A stretch of DNA of 64,000 nucleotides from an uncultured Methanosarcinales archaeon (lineage in GTDB: Archaea; Nanobdellota; Nanobdellia; Woesearchaeales; GW2011-AR9), in contig CAZEAB010000004.1 of the NCBI GenBank assembly GCA_964510085.1, positions 9,284 through 73,283 of the forward strand. The letters are read 5' to 3'. The position numbers and the translations under genes are program-made. Positions 15,788 to 24,597 of the stretch are shown piece by piece. The notes beneath the pieces were generated by a model. It did not search any database. It had not been told where the DNA came from and saw only the letters and a program-made list of their open reading frames with translations. Within the stretch, counting starts at the first letter, position 1. Every line of letters begins with the position of its first letter.

Positions 15788-18097
15788 ATGAGAAAACACA
15801 TAATACTTGGTGTACTTATAGTAATTATGCTAGTTTTCTCTGCAACCGCAGCAACAAAAATCTTTAGAGTACAAGAAACAGATTTTGTCAAAATAAACGT
15901 TACAGCATTAGATCCAGATTATGATGCAGTTTTATACACATTTGGAACGCCATTAGACCAAGATGGAGAATGGCAAACAGATTTTGGAGATGCAGGTGAA
16001 TATATAGTAGACATCATAGCCTCTGATGGAAAAAGTAATACCACAAAGCAAGTAAAGATAATAGTTGAAACTAAGAATAGAGCTCCCCTTGTTAAAGTAA
16101 AAGAACTACATCTTGAAGAAGGAGATACAGTAGATTTACGAAAAACTGTAGAAGATTTAGAAGGAGATGCATTAACATACGATTTCCCTGTTGGATTTGT
16201 TGATGGCGTATTAGAAACTGGTTATAGTGATGCGGGAGAGTATGTGTATGAATTTACTGTAAGTGACGGAAAATTAGAGACTCATGCTAGAGTTAAAGTT
16301 ATTATACAAGATAAGAACGAACCCCCTATCATTAAAGACATATTTAGTGATAAAGAAAAAATTGAGATAGATGAAGGTGAAGAATTACGTTTCTATGTTG
16401 ATGTTATGGATAATGATGGTGACAAAGTCAATGTTATTTGGGAATATGATAATACAATAATAGCAACAGAACCAGTTGGATTATATGATGTAGATTTTGA
16501 TTCAGCAGGAAACCATAAATTAATTCTTACAATAAATGACTCAAGTAATATTATCACAAAGCAATGGGACATTATAATAGAAAATGTCAACAGGAAACCA
16601 GAACTTGAAGACGTAACATTAACTGTTGAAGAAGGAGACACAGTAGAATTAACTCTCCCAGAAGTAGATCAAGATGGTGATGTGTTAGAATATGTGTTTG
16701 AAGAACCATTTAATGAAGACGGAGAATGGGAAACAACATATGAAGACGCAGGAACTTATTCTGTTAACATAGTTGCAGATGACGGCGATAAGAGAACAGT
16801 CTTTATCGCTACTGTAATAGTTGAGAACGTTGATAGAAGACCAACAATTGAATTAGAAAAACATTACTGGGTAGAAGAAGGAGGCGTATTACAAATAACA
16901 TTTGATGCACAAGATCCAGATGGAGATGAATTAGATATTACAGTAAAAAATGCACCGCCTGGTTCAATATTAGATGGGAACGTATTTACATGGAATCCTA
17001 CTTTATCAGAAGTATCTCGACGAGGTGGTTTTGTAAGTGATATCTTAGCTTCATTACGAGTAGAGAAATATTTCTTACGACAAAAAAGAATTCCAATCAA
17101 AGTAGAAGCATGTGGACTAGACTTATGTGATTCTGCAAAAAGCGTTATTGCAATTCAGAACAAAAACCAAGTACCTCACTTAGAAAATATTGGAGAATTA
17201 TTTGTAAATGAAACAGATACAGTAAAAGTAAATCCAAATGGAAAAGATTATGATGGAGATATGTTACATTATAAATTTACAAAACCACTTTCAAAATATT
17301 TTGGAACGTGGAAAACTGATTATGAAGACGAAGGTGATTATACAGCATATATAACAGCATCAGATGGAGTTGACAGTGCAACGAAACCAGTTAATATAAT
17401 TGTACTTAAGAAAAACAGAGCACCACGTATTGATGTTGAAGATTCTTTTATTATATTAGAAGGAGAAACATTAACATTTACCGTTAGTGCAGATGACGAA
17501 GATATGGATAATGTTACAATCTTACTAGAAAACATGCCTCCAGGAGCATCATTTGTTGATGGTGTCTTTACGTGGATTCCTCCACAAGATTGGGTTGTGA
17601 ACAAGAGTAACTCTTGGGTTTCTGACGTAGTAAGTAAAACCGTACCTACAACACGAAAATTTAGTACAGAAAAAAGAGTACATTGGTTAACTTTCAAAGC
17701 ATTAGATGAAGAATCGGAAACAATACATCCAGTAAAATTGACTGTAAAGAATGTGAATATTGCTCCAGAGATTAAAGATTTCTTACCAGAACAGAAGATT
17801 AATGTTGGCGTTGATGAACCAGTAGTATTCCATGTAGTTGCTAGTGACTTAGATAATGATGAATTATGGTATAAATGGATGTTTGACATTGGACAAGGAA
17901 GTGTAAGTGGTTCAGACACCATAGAAAGAACGTATGTAACCATAGGAAAGAAGAAAGTAGTATTGACAGTTACAGATGGTCGGGATTCAGTAGAGAAAGT
18001 CTGGGAGATAGATGTGACTGGTGGCGGAAGTACTAGTAGTTCTTATGTAGTACCTACAGTTGGTTATGATGAGTATAAAGTGATAGTAGTTGAATGA
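15788..18097 (+). CDS. secreted adhesin-like protein with about eight cadherin-like/Ig-like repeats
   Basis: Signal peptide MRKHIILGVLIVIMLVFSATAA. It carries the same DPD/DxDGD...Y.F..PL...G.W.T.Y.D.G.Y repeat family as the upstream gene. Confidence 0.65.
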   Translation: MRKHIILGVLIVIMLVFSATAATKIFRVQETDFVKINVTALDPDYDAVLYTFGTPLDQDGEWQTDFGDAGEYIVDIIASDGKSNTTKQVKIIVETKNRAPLVKVKELHLEEGDTVDLRKTVEDLEGDALTYDFPVGFVDGVLETGYSDAGEYVYEFTVSDGKLETHARVKVIIQDKNEPPIIKDIFSDKEKIEIDEGEELRFYVDVMDNDGDKVNVIWEYDNTIIATEPVGLYDVDFDSAGNHKLILTINDSSNIITKQWDIIIENVNRKPELEDVTLTVEEGDTVELTLPEVDQDGDVLEYVFEEPFNEDGEWETTYEDAGTYSVNIVADDGDKRTVFIATVIVENVDRRPTIELEKHYWVEEGGVLQITFDAQDPDGDELDITVKNAPPGSILDGNVFTWNPTLSEVSRRGGFVSDILASLRVEKYFLRQKRIPIKVEACGLDLCDSAKSVIAIQNKNQVPHLENIGELFVNETDTVKVNPNGKDYDGDMLHYKFTKPLSKYFGTWKTDYEDEGDYTAYITASDGVDSATKPVNIIVLKKNRAPRIDVEDSFIILEGETLTFTVSADDEDMDNVTILLENMPPGASFVDGVFTWIPPQDWVVNKSNSWVSDVVSKTVPTTRKFSTEKRVHWLTFKALDEESETIHPVKLTVKNVNIAPEIKDFLPEQKINVGVDEPVVFHVVASDLDNDELWYKWMFDIGQGSVSGSDTIERTYVTIGKKKVVLTVTDGRDSVEKVWEIDVTGGGSTSSSYVVPTVGYDEYKVIVVE

Positions 18098-18106
18098 GCC
18101 CATTAA

Positions 18107-18115
18107 TTTTATAAA
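18107..18115 (+). promoter_or_regulatory. TATA-like box TTTTATAAA
   Basis: Lies 21 nt upstream of ATG 18137, which argues that the helicase fragment is an independently transcribed, leaderless gene. Confidence 0.4.
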
Positions 18116-18136
18116 CCAATCCTCTTCTGACATACC

Positions 18137-19657
18137 ATGGATTCAGTTCTTCAATTAGCAACAGATACTATTAACATAGATAAACAAGCAATCGTCTTCG
18201 TAGCAAGTAGAGCTTCAGCAGAAAAGACAGCATTAGACATTTCTAAATTAACTTCTTTATCACATCCAGAACTAGAAGAAGGTGTTCTAAAAGCAATACC
18301 ATCTCCAACGAAACAATGTGAAAAATTAAGTAAATGTATCAAGAAAGGAATAGCATTCCATCATTCGGGATTAACAAATAAACAAAAAGAAATCATTGAA
18401 GACGAATTCAAAACGGGAAAAATCAAAATAATTTGTGCCACTCCAACTCTTGCTGCGGGATTAAGTTTACCCGTATTTAGAGTGATCATTAAGTCATTAA
18501 AACGATTCTCAGGAAAATGGGGAATGGATTGGATTCCCGTTCTTGAATATCTTCAAATGGCGGGAAGAGCAGGAAGACCGGAATACGAAAAATTTGGAGA
18601 ATCAATAGTAGTAGCAAAATCTACTGCAGAAAGAGATGAAATACATGAACGATATATCCTTGGAGAACCAGAAGAGATCTACTCCAAATTAGCAGCAGAA
18701 CCAGTCTTACGGACTTATCTTTTATCACTTATATCGTCTGGCCTGATTCGGGATGAGAAGACGATGAAAGAATTCTTTGGAGAAACATTCTGGGCACATC
18801 AATATGGTGACATGGAGAAATTAACTTCTATTATGGATAGAATGATATCTCTGTTAAATGGATGGAAATTTATTGAAGCAGGAGACACCTCTGATTTTGT
18901 TGCTGCTAATACCGTAAAAGATGAGAGAATGAGACCAACACCAATAGGAAGAAGAATATCAGAACTTTATTTAGACCCATTAACAGCCAACTATTTGTTA
19001 TCTTGTTTGGAAAATTTTGATGAAAGCAAAAATGTATTCTCACTATTACAAATGATTTCACATACGCTAGAAATGAGACCTTTATTACGAACGAAACAAA
19101 AAGAGATGGACTTTGTACATAATGAACTGGGAAAGAGGTATGAATTTTTATTAGAAGAAGAACCATCAAGTTTTGACATGGAATATGGAGAATTTGTAAA
19201 CTCCATAAAAACAGCATTATTCTTCGAAGAATGGATATCAGAAAAGGGAGAAGACTTTCTTTTTGAAACATTTGGAGCAAGACCAGGAGAAATAAGAGCA
19301 AAAGTAGAAAGTGCTAACTGGCTAATTTATTCTGCAGAAGAATTGTCTAAAGTCACTCGAAACTTACATGCTGTTAAAGAATTACGAAAATTACGATTAC
19401 GAATTAAACATGGAGTTCACGAAGAATTGTTGCCGTTACTTCGGTTAAAAGGAATTGGTAAAAAGAGAGCACGTAAAATGTTTACAAATGGAATTAAAGA
19501 TATTGGGGGGGTTAAGGGAGTAGATTTTGTTACATTAGCTCAACTCGTTGGTGGAAAAGTAGCTCAATCCATCAAAGAACAAGTAGGAATTAAAGTAGAA
19601 GAAGTCCCTTCTGGTAAGAGGAAAGGGCAGTTGAGTTTAGGGAAGTTTAATAAGTAA
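18137..19657 (+). CDS. Ski2/Hel308-type helicase, C-terminal portion only (RecA2 + winged helix + ratchet + HhH)
   Basis: Motifs AIVFVASR, GIAFHHSGL, ATPTLAAGLSLP and QMAGRAGRP (helicase motifs IV-VI), plus a C-terminal HhH-like LRLKGIGKKRARKM. No Walker A or DEAH-containing RecA1 domain is present in this ORF or upstream of it. Confidence 0.7.
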   Translation: MDSVLQLATDTINIDKQAIVFVASRASAEKTALDISKLTSLSHPELEEGVLKAIPSPTKQCEKLSKCIKKGIAFHHSGLTNKQKEIIEDEFKTGKIKIICATPTLAAGLSLPVFRVIIKSLKRFSGKWGMDWIPVLEYLQMAGRAGRPEYEKFGESIVVAKSTAERDEIHERYILGEPEEIYSKLAAEPVLRTYLLSLISSGLIRDEKTMKEFFGETFWAHQYGDMEKLTSIMDRMISLLNGWKFIEAGDTSDFVAANTVKDERMRPTPIGRRISELYLDPLTANYLLSCLENFDESKNVFSLLQMISHTLEMRPLLRTKQKEMDFVHNELGKRYEFLLEEEPSSFDMEYGEFVNSIKTALFFEEWISEKGEDFLFETFGARPGEIRAKVESANWLIYSAEELSKVTRNLHAVKELRKLRLRIKHGVHEELLPLLRLKGIGKKRARKMFTNGIKDIGGVKGVDFVTLAQLVGGKVAQSIKEQVGIKVEEVPSGKRKGQLSLGKFNK

Positions 19658-19675
19658 TTAATTATTCTTTTTTTC

Positions 19676-20032
19676 ATGATCTCAAAATCCTTACGAACAT
19701 GGTTTCAAATACATTTCATAATTGACATACTTATTGCAATACCCTTAATAGTATTTCCAGCAACTTTTCTTTCTTGGTTTGGTTTTACTGGAGAAGTAAT
19801 GTTTGCAAGACTTATAGGAGCAGCGTTAATTGGAATTGGCGGCGCATCTCATTTTGTGGAACGAGATGATGCATTTAGTATAATGTTGACTTTGAAACTT
19901 CTTTGGAGTGGAGCTGCAATAATTGGAATTACATGGAGCATTATAGAAGGAGTTTCTTCTTGGGCATGGTTGTTTCTGGCGGTGTTTGTATTGTTCTTCT
20001 TTGTGTGGAGTTATTTTAAGATTAAAGAATGA
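19676..20032 (+). CDS. small integral membrane protein
   Basis: 118 aa with about four hydrophobic helices. No motif recognised. Confidence 0.4.
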   Translation: MISKSLRTWFQIHFIIDILIAIPLIVFPATFLSWFGFTGEVMFARLIGAALIGIGGASHFVERDDAFSIMLTLKLLWSGAAIIGITWSIIEGVSSWAWLFLAVFVLFFFVWSYFKIKE

Positions 20033-21227
20033 AGAAAAGAATAACCGGCAATATCAAACAACCCATTAAATGATTCTTACCAACACCCCAATACGAGGCT
20101 GTTAATCCAATAGCAGTAGCAGTTCCTAATATCAACAGACCTAGAAAACCGTCAAAATAAAGAGTTAATATTGTGATGAAAACTAATATTGAGGTAATAA
20201 CTTTAGCATAATTCACCTTAGTAATATAATGAGCAAATATCTTTGAAATTCTCAAAGCCAAAATAGTCGCAATACCTGCAACAACTAATGCAACGCCAAT
20301 AAACAACATAACTTCTGACAGTGTAATTGCTCCAACTAACTTATGCACTGTTAAAATGGCACCATTCCTTGCCTTTTCTAACACATACAAAGTAGCAATA
20401 CTAATTAACATATTGGCCGTGTTAATCCCTCCAACCAACGTGAGAAAGCCTTCATCACCGATGTCACCAACAATATTGGTGGCAACAATCGCAGCTTGAG
20501 AACTACCAAAACCTGGCAAGAATGCAGCAATAAAACCAACACCAGATGCTGCTCCAACAGCTTTAGTCAATTTATTTTTAGTTAACGTTAAAGGTTGTTC
20601 TGTCTGTTCTGGGATTATTGAATTAGTGGCTAAAGAAACAAGTAATATAGAAAAACCAAACAACCCAGATAATAATGGAAACAAAGGTTGTTCCATATTT
20701 GGAATACTAAGAACAATTAATCCCAGAATTCCGGAGAGAAAGAATGCAGTTGCAGACTTCAATCTCTTTCCTTTTTCCTTTCCTATCATGAAGATCATTA
20801 TAAAAGCAAGAAAATATCCAATCCCTCCCTTAACATACGGAAAGATAAACGCCATTGTAATAATAAAGAGAGGAAAGAAAGACACACAGGTAATCAAAGA
20901 ACCTAAAGAACCAATTAACGTGTATGTAATCGCATTATGCCCTCTCCCTTGATGTAATTCTCGATGTCCTGGAAGAACGTTTAATTCTTGTCCAGCATCA
21001 GGCGCTCCCAAGTAAATAGAAGGGATAGAATCTAAGAAAGAATGCGTTAGTGCTAAAGAAATGATGTATACAGCTACGGTAACTGGTGTTGTGGTTGCTA
21101 ATAGTATTGAAGAGAATGAAATGATAAGTACTGCAATAAGATTTACGTGGATACCTGGGATGAGTCCTGTTATAACTCCTGAAAGTATTCCAAGAGTTAA
21201 TGCAGTAATGGTTTCAATGTAACTCAT
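20022..21227 (-). CDS. polytopic membrane protein, TctA/DUF112-like
   Basis: 401 aa and very hydrophobic. The G..SG.ITGLIPGIH and LPGFGSSQAA motifs resemble the TctA-family PG(I/L)G repeats. Confidence 0.45.
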   Translation of the reverse strand: MSYIETITALTLGILSGVITGLIPGIHVNLIAVLIISFSSILLATTTPVTVAVYIISLALTHSFLDSIPSIYLGAPDAGQELNVLPGHRELHQGRGHNAITYTLIGSLGSLITCVSFFPLFIITMAFIFPYVKGGIGYFLAFIMIFMIGKEKGKRLKSATAFFLSGILGLIVLSIPNMEQPLFPLLSGLFGFSILLVSLATNSIIPEQTEQPLTLTKNKLTKAVGAASGVGFIAAFLPGFGSSQAAIVATNIVGDIGDEGFLTLVGGINTANMLISIATLYVLEKARNGAILTVHKLVGAITLSEVMLFIGVALVVAGIATILALRISKIFAHYITKVNYAKVITSILVFITILTLYFDGFLGLLILGTATAIGLTASYWGVGKNHLMGCLILPVILFFIL

Positions 21228-21362
21228 GAACCAAACAATAACAAGATATTCTTAAACTTATACCTCACAGAACATTTATATACAATAATTCAATCCTTAT
21301 ATTTACATGGTAGGTGCAAATAACATACAATATTATTTGAACCTCCATAAAAGAGGACTTTT

Positions 21363-23135
21363 ATGGTAGGTGTAGAAGCTAACTTTTTCCTAGAATTAGG
21401 TGTTGTAATAATAATTGCAGGACTTGCAGGTATGATTTTCCGTTACTTCAAACAACCACAAATTCTTGCATACGTTCTTGTTGGAATAATGCTTCAACCA
21501 ATCCTGAAAGGACTCAAATACATAGTATACTTAGTATCAAGTAATGGATTCTTTGCATTTGATATACCCTCTATCACCTCAGATATAGGTATTATAGAAC
21601 CTCTTGCCTTAATTGGGATAGCATTCTTACTTTTCATTGTTGGTTTAGAAATGGATCTAAAAGCTCTTAGAAATGTTGCATTAGTATCGAGTTTAGGAGG
21701 AACAATTCAGGTACTCCTCTTATTTACCATAGGATATTTTGTAGCATTACTACTTGATTTTGTATCATTAGAAGCCGCATATATCGGATTGATGATCGCA
21801 TTCTCTTCTACAATGGTGGTTATGAAATTGTTGTCAGATAAAAGAGAATTACACACATTACACGGAAGGTTAGCAGTGGGTATCTTATTAATGCAGGATA
21901 TTATTGCAATCCTTGCAATTTCCATTTTAACAGCAGTAAATGGATTTAGTAGTGCCATTTTAGGAATTGCGTTAATTAAATTTATAGCATTATTTGGAGT
22001 AGCTTATGTTGCAAGTAAATTTATTTTCCCACACATGTTTAGATTTGCGGCAAAACATCAAGAATTATTACTCATCCTCTCATTATCAGTATGTTTCATG
22101 TTTTCTTTAATCTTCCACTACCTTGGATTCTCAATTGCAATCGGTGCGTTTATTGCAGGGGTAACTCTTGGAACGTTAGAATATAATATAGAGATTATTG
22201 CAAAAGTAAAAAGTTTGAAAGATTTCTTCTCACTACTATTTTTTGTATCTCTTGGAATGGGAATTTCATTATCTGTACTTAAAGAATTATGGTTGCCTCT
22301 ATTAATTTTATTGGCAATTGTTATGGTCATAAAACCACTTGTCATAATGACTATTTGTTCACTATTTAAATTTACAAAGAAACCATCATTCTTAACAGCA
22401 AATTCTCTTGCACAAGTAGGGGAATTTTCTTTAATACTAGCAACACAAGGATTACTTTTAGGACATATATCTCAAGATGTGTTTTCTTTAGCAGTAATCA
22501 TTACACTAATATCAATTACATTAACCTCCTATTATATTCAATATAATCAGTTTTTTTACAAACTGTTACAAAAACCATTAAAAATATTTGATAGCTTTAC
22601 AACAGAAGGGCTTGAATATCTTCCAACAAAAGCAAAACCAAACGTGGTTTTATGTGGTCACAGCAGAATTGGATATAGTATATTGCGGCAATTTACAAAA
22701 GTAAAAAAGAACGTATTAATTATTGACTTCAATCCAGAGATTATCACAAAATTAGTAAAAGATGGATACCATTGTATTTATGGAGAAGCAACAGATGAAG
22801 AAATAATTGACAGAATGAACCTTCCTGGACTTAGAATGTTAATCTCAACAGTTCCAAATAAAAGAGATAATTTATTATTAATACGTAAAACTCGTAAATC
22901 TAATCGGAAAGCAAAAATTATTGTAACAGCTAATGATATTGATGAAGCTCTTGACTTATATGAAGAAGGAGCAGATTATGTTATTTTACCTCATTTCCTT
23001 GGTGGTGAGCATGTATCTAATTTAATTACAGATATGAGATCAAAGAAAGTTAAAATTCACGAAGAACGAAAGAAACACATCGAACATCTCGAAGAGAGAA
23101 AGGATGAAGGACATGAACATCCCAAACATCACTAG
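21363..23135 (+). CDS. CPA2-family cation:proton antiporter (Kef-type) with C-terminal RCK/TrkA-N domain
   Basis: About 12 TM Na+/H+-exchanger-like N-terminal region, followed by a Rossmann-like VVLCGHSRIGYSILRQF...IIDFNPE RCK domain. Confidence 0.7.
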   Translation: MVGVEANFFLELGVVIIIAGLAGMIFRYFKQPQILAYVLVGIMLQPILKGLKYIVYLVSSNGFFAFDIPSITSDIGIIEPLALIGIAFLLFIVGLEMDLKALRNVALVSSLGGTIQVLLLFTIGYFVALLLDFVSLEAAYIGLMIAFSSTMVVMKLLSDKRELHTLHGRLAVGILLMQDIIAILAISILTAVNGFSSAILGIALIKFIALFGVAYVASKFIFPHMFRFAAKHQELLLILSLSVCFMFSLIFHYLGFSIAIGAFIAGVTLGTLEYNIEIIAKVKSLKDFFSLLFFVSLGMGISLSVLKELWLPLLILLAIVMVIKPLVIMTICSLFKFTKKPSFLTANSLAQVGEFSLILATQGLLLGHISQDVFSLAVIITLISITLTSYYIQYNQFFYKLLQKPLKIFDSFTTEGLEYLPTKAKPNVVLCGHSRIGYSILRQFTKVKKNVLIIDFNPEIITKLVKDGYHCIYGEATDEEIIDRMNLPGLRMLISTVPNKRDNLLLIRKTRKSNRKAKIIVTANDIDEALDLYEEGADYVILPHFLGGEHVSNLITDMRSKKVKIHEERKKHIEHLEERKDEGHEHPKHH

Positions 23136-23171
23136 AAACCTTAATAATAAACACTCTATTTTCTATACTTT

Positions 23172-24215
23172 ATGAACTTTCAGAAAATACCACCCGTTGA
23201 GCTCTCGGATGTCTTCCTAGACATAGCATTCAGAAGAGCAAGAGAAAAAGTAGCTGTAAAAAAGAAGTACCCAAAAGATGCGCTACAAAAAGCAAGGGTA
23301 ATAGAACACTTACGACTAGATGTTGTTAAAGATAACATTATTTTCCGTTTAGAGAGAATTCTAAATACCTTTCCTGGAACTATTACATTACCTCCATTCT
23401 ACCAAAAATTAATCAAGCTAACATTAAACTACAAGAAATTAAAAGAATCATTTGGAGCAGTAAACTGGGCTCATGAAAGAATACGAAAAGTTCATGGACA
23501 ATATACCAGTAAAGTACGAAAAACAAAAGATGTTAAACTTGTTAAAGTATTGCACAAACAATTCTATGGCCGAGTTGCTTCATTATTAAAACAAATTGAT
23601 AAAAATCTTTCTTATTTAGAAGAAGCACGAAGAGTAATGAAATCATACCCTGACATTAAAGATCTTTACACAGTATGCTTATACGGATTTCCTAATGTTG
23701 GAAAATCTACTTTATTAAATACCATGACCGGGACTAAAGCGAAAACCGCTGCATATTCCTTCACAACTGTTACAATTAACGCAGGATACATCTCTATGGG
23801 AGATAAAACCATTCAAGTTCTAGACGTTCCAGGAACTCTCGGAAGAGATAAGCATAACGATATAGAGAAACAAGCCGAATTAGTATTGGAAGAAGTAGCA
23901 GACCTAATTATTTATGTGTATGATATCACCGAAAATTGTGGATATTCAATAGAAAAACAAAAAGAATTACGAAAGAAGTTAGGAAAGAATGTACTCATTT
24001 TCTTAAGTAAGAAGGATTTGTTAGATCAAGAACAAATAGACTCATTCGATGAAAAACATTATACTTTAGATGAAATAAAAGAAATAATTGATGAAAAATC
24101 TGAAGAGAGACATCAAGAACTGCTTAAAAGATTAGCTTTAGAGAAAGCTCGTCTTGAAGCAGAAAAACAAGCAGAGATTGAATCTCTACAAAAAATGACA
24201 GAAGATTCCAAATAA
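23172..24215 (+). CDS. NOG1-family GTP-binding protein
   Basis: NOG1-type N-terminal region, G1 motif GFPNVGKSTLLN, G3 DVPGTL and G4-like SKKD, with a charged C-terminal tail. Confidence 0.7.
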   Translation: MNFQKIPPVELSDVFLDIAFRRAREKVAVKKKYPKDALQKARVIEHLRLDVVKDNIIFRLERILNTFPGTITLPPFYQKLIKLTLNYKKLKESFGAVNWAHERIRKVHGQYTSKVRKTKDVKLVKVLHKQFYGRVASLLKQIDKNLSYLEEARRVMKSYPDIKDLYTVCLYGFPNVGKSTLLNTMTGTKAKTAAYSFTTVTINAGYISMGDKTIQVLDVPGTLGRDKHNDIEKQAELVLEEVADLIIYVYDITENCGYSIEKQKELRKKLGKNVLIFLSKKDLLDQEQIDSFDEKHYTLDEIKEIIDEKSEERHQELLKRLALEKARLEAEKQAEIESLQKMTEDSK

Positions 24216-24243
24216 CATTTTTTTGTATCTTCTGGTTTCCTGG

Positions 24244-24267
24244 TTGTGAAACTGCTAAACTTCACAA
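24244..24267 (+). promoter_or_regulatory. inverted repeat TTGTGAA-N10-TTCACAA (terminator hairpin or ArsR operator)
   Basis: Perfect 7-bp arms between the NOG1 stop and T-run and the TATA-like CATTTATATA (24291-24300) of the ArsR gene. Confidence 0.3.
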
Positions 24268-24324
24268 TTTCCTTATTTCTCCAATCAGAACATTTATATA
24301 GAACAATAATCTACTAATTGTTGA

Positions 24325-24597
24325 ATGGAACTACGAGAAGAGAAGCTTTCTAGAGCAATTAGCGCATTTTCTAGACGACAGATTCTTAGGCTTCTCGCTG
24401 ACGGGGACATGACTGTAAAAGAAATCGCCACCTCCACAAAGATGAGCATGTCCCTTGCTTCTCGTCATCTTTCCATGCTTAGAGATTTAGGAATTTTAGA
24501 CGTAAAAAGAAAACATCCATTCAAATTCTATTCATTAAAAATCAAAGAAATTAAAGGATTATTAGACATCTATGATAAGGTGATACAGAAAATATGA
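24325..24597 (+). CDS. ArsR/SmtB-family winged-helix transcriptional regulator
   Basis: 90 aa. RRQILRLLADGDMTVKEIATSTKMSMSLASRHLSMLRDLGIL is a typical ArsR HTH. Its stop overlaps the next start (ATGA at 24594-24597). Confidence 0.65.
   Translation: MELREEKLSRAISAFSRRQILRLLADGDMTVKEIATSTKMSMSLASRHLSMLRDLGILDVKRKHPFKFYSLKIKEIKGLLDIYDKVIQKI

Noticed and set aside
17338-17943. 201-aa minus-strand ORF
   Set aside because: It lies antisense inside the repeat adhesin gene 15788-18097. The plus-strand frame has clear domain repeats and a signal peptide.
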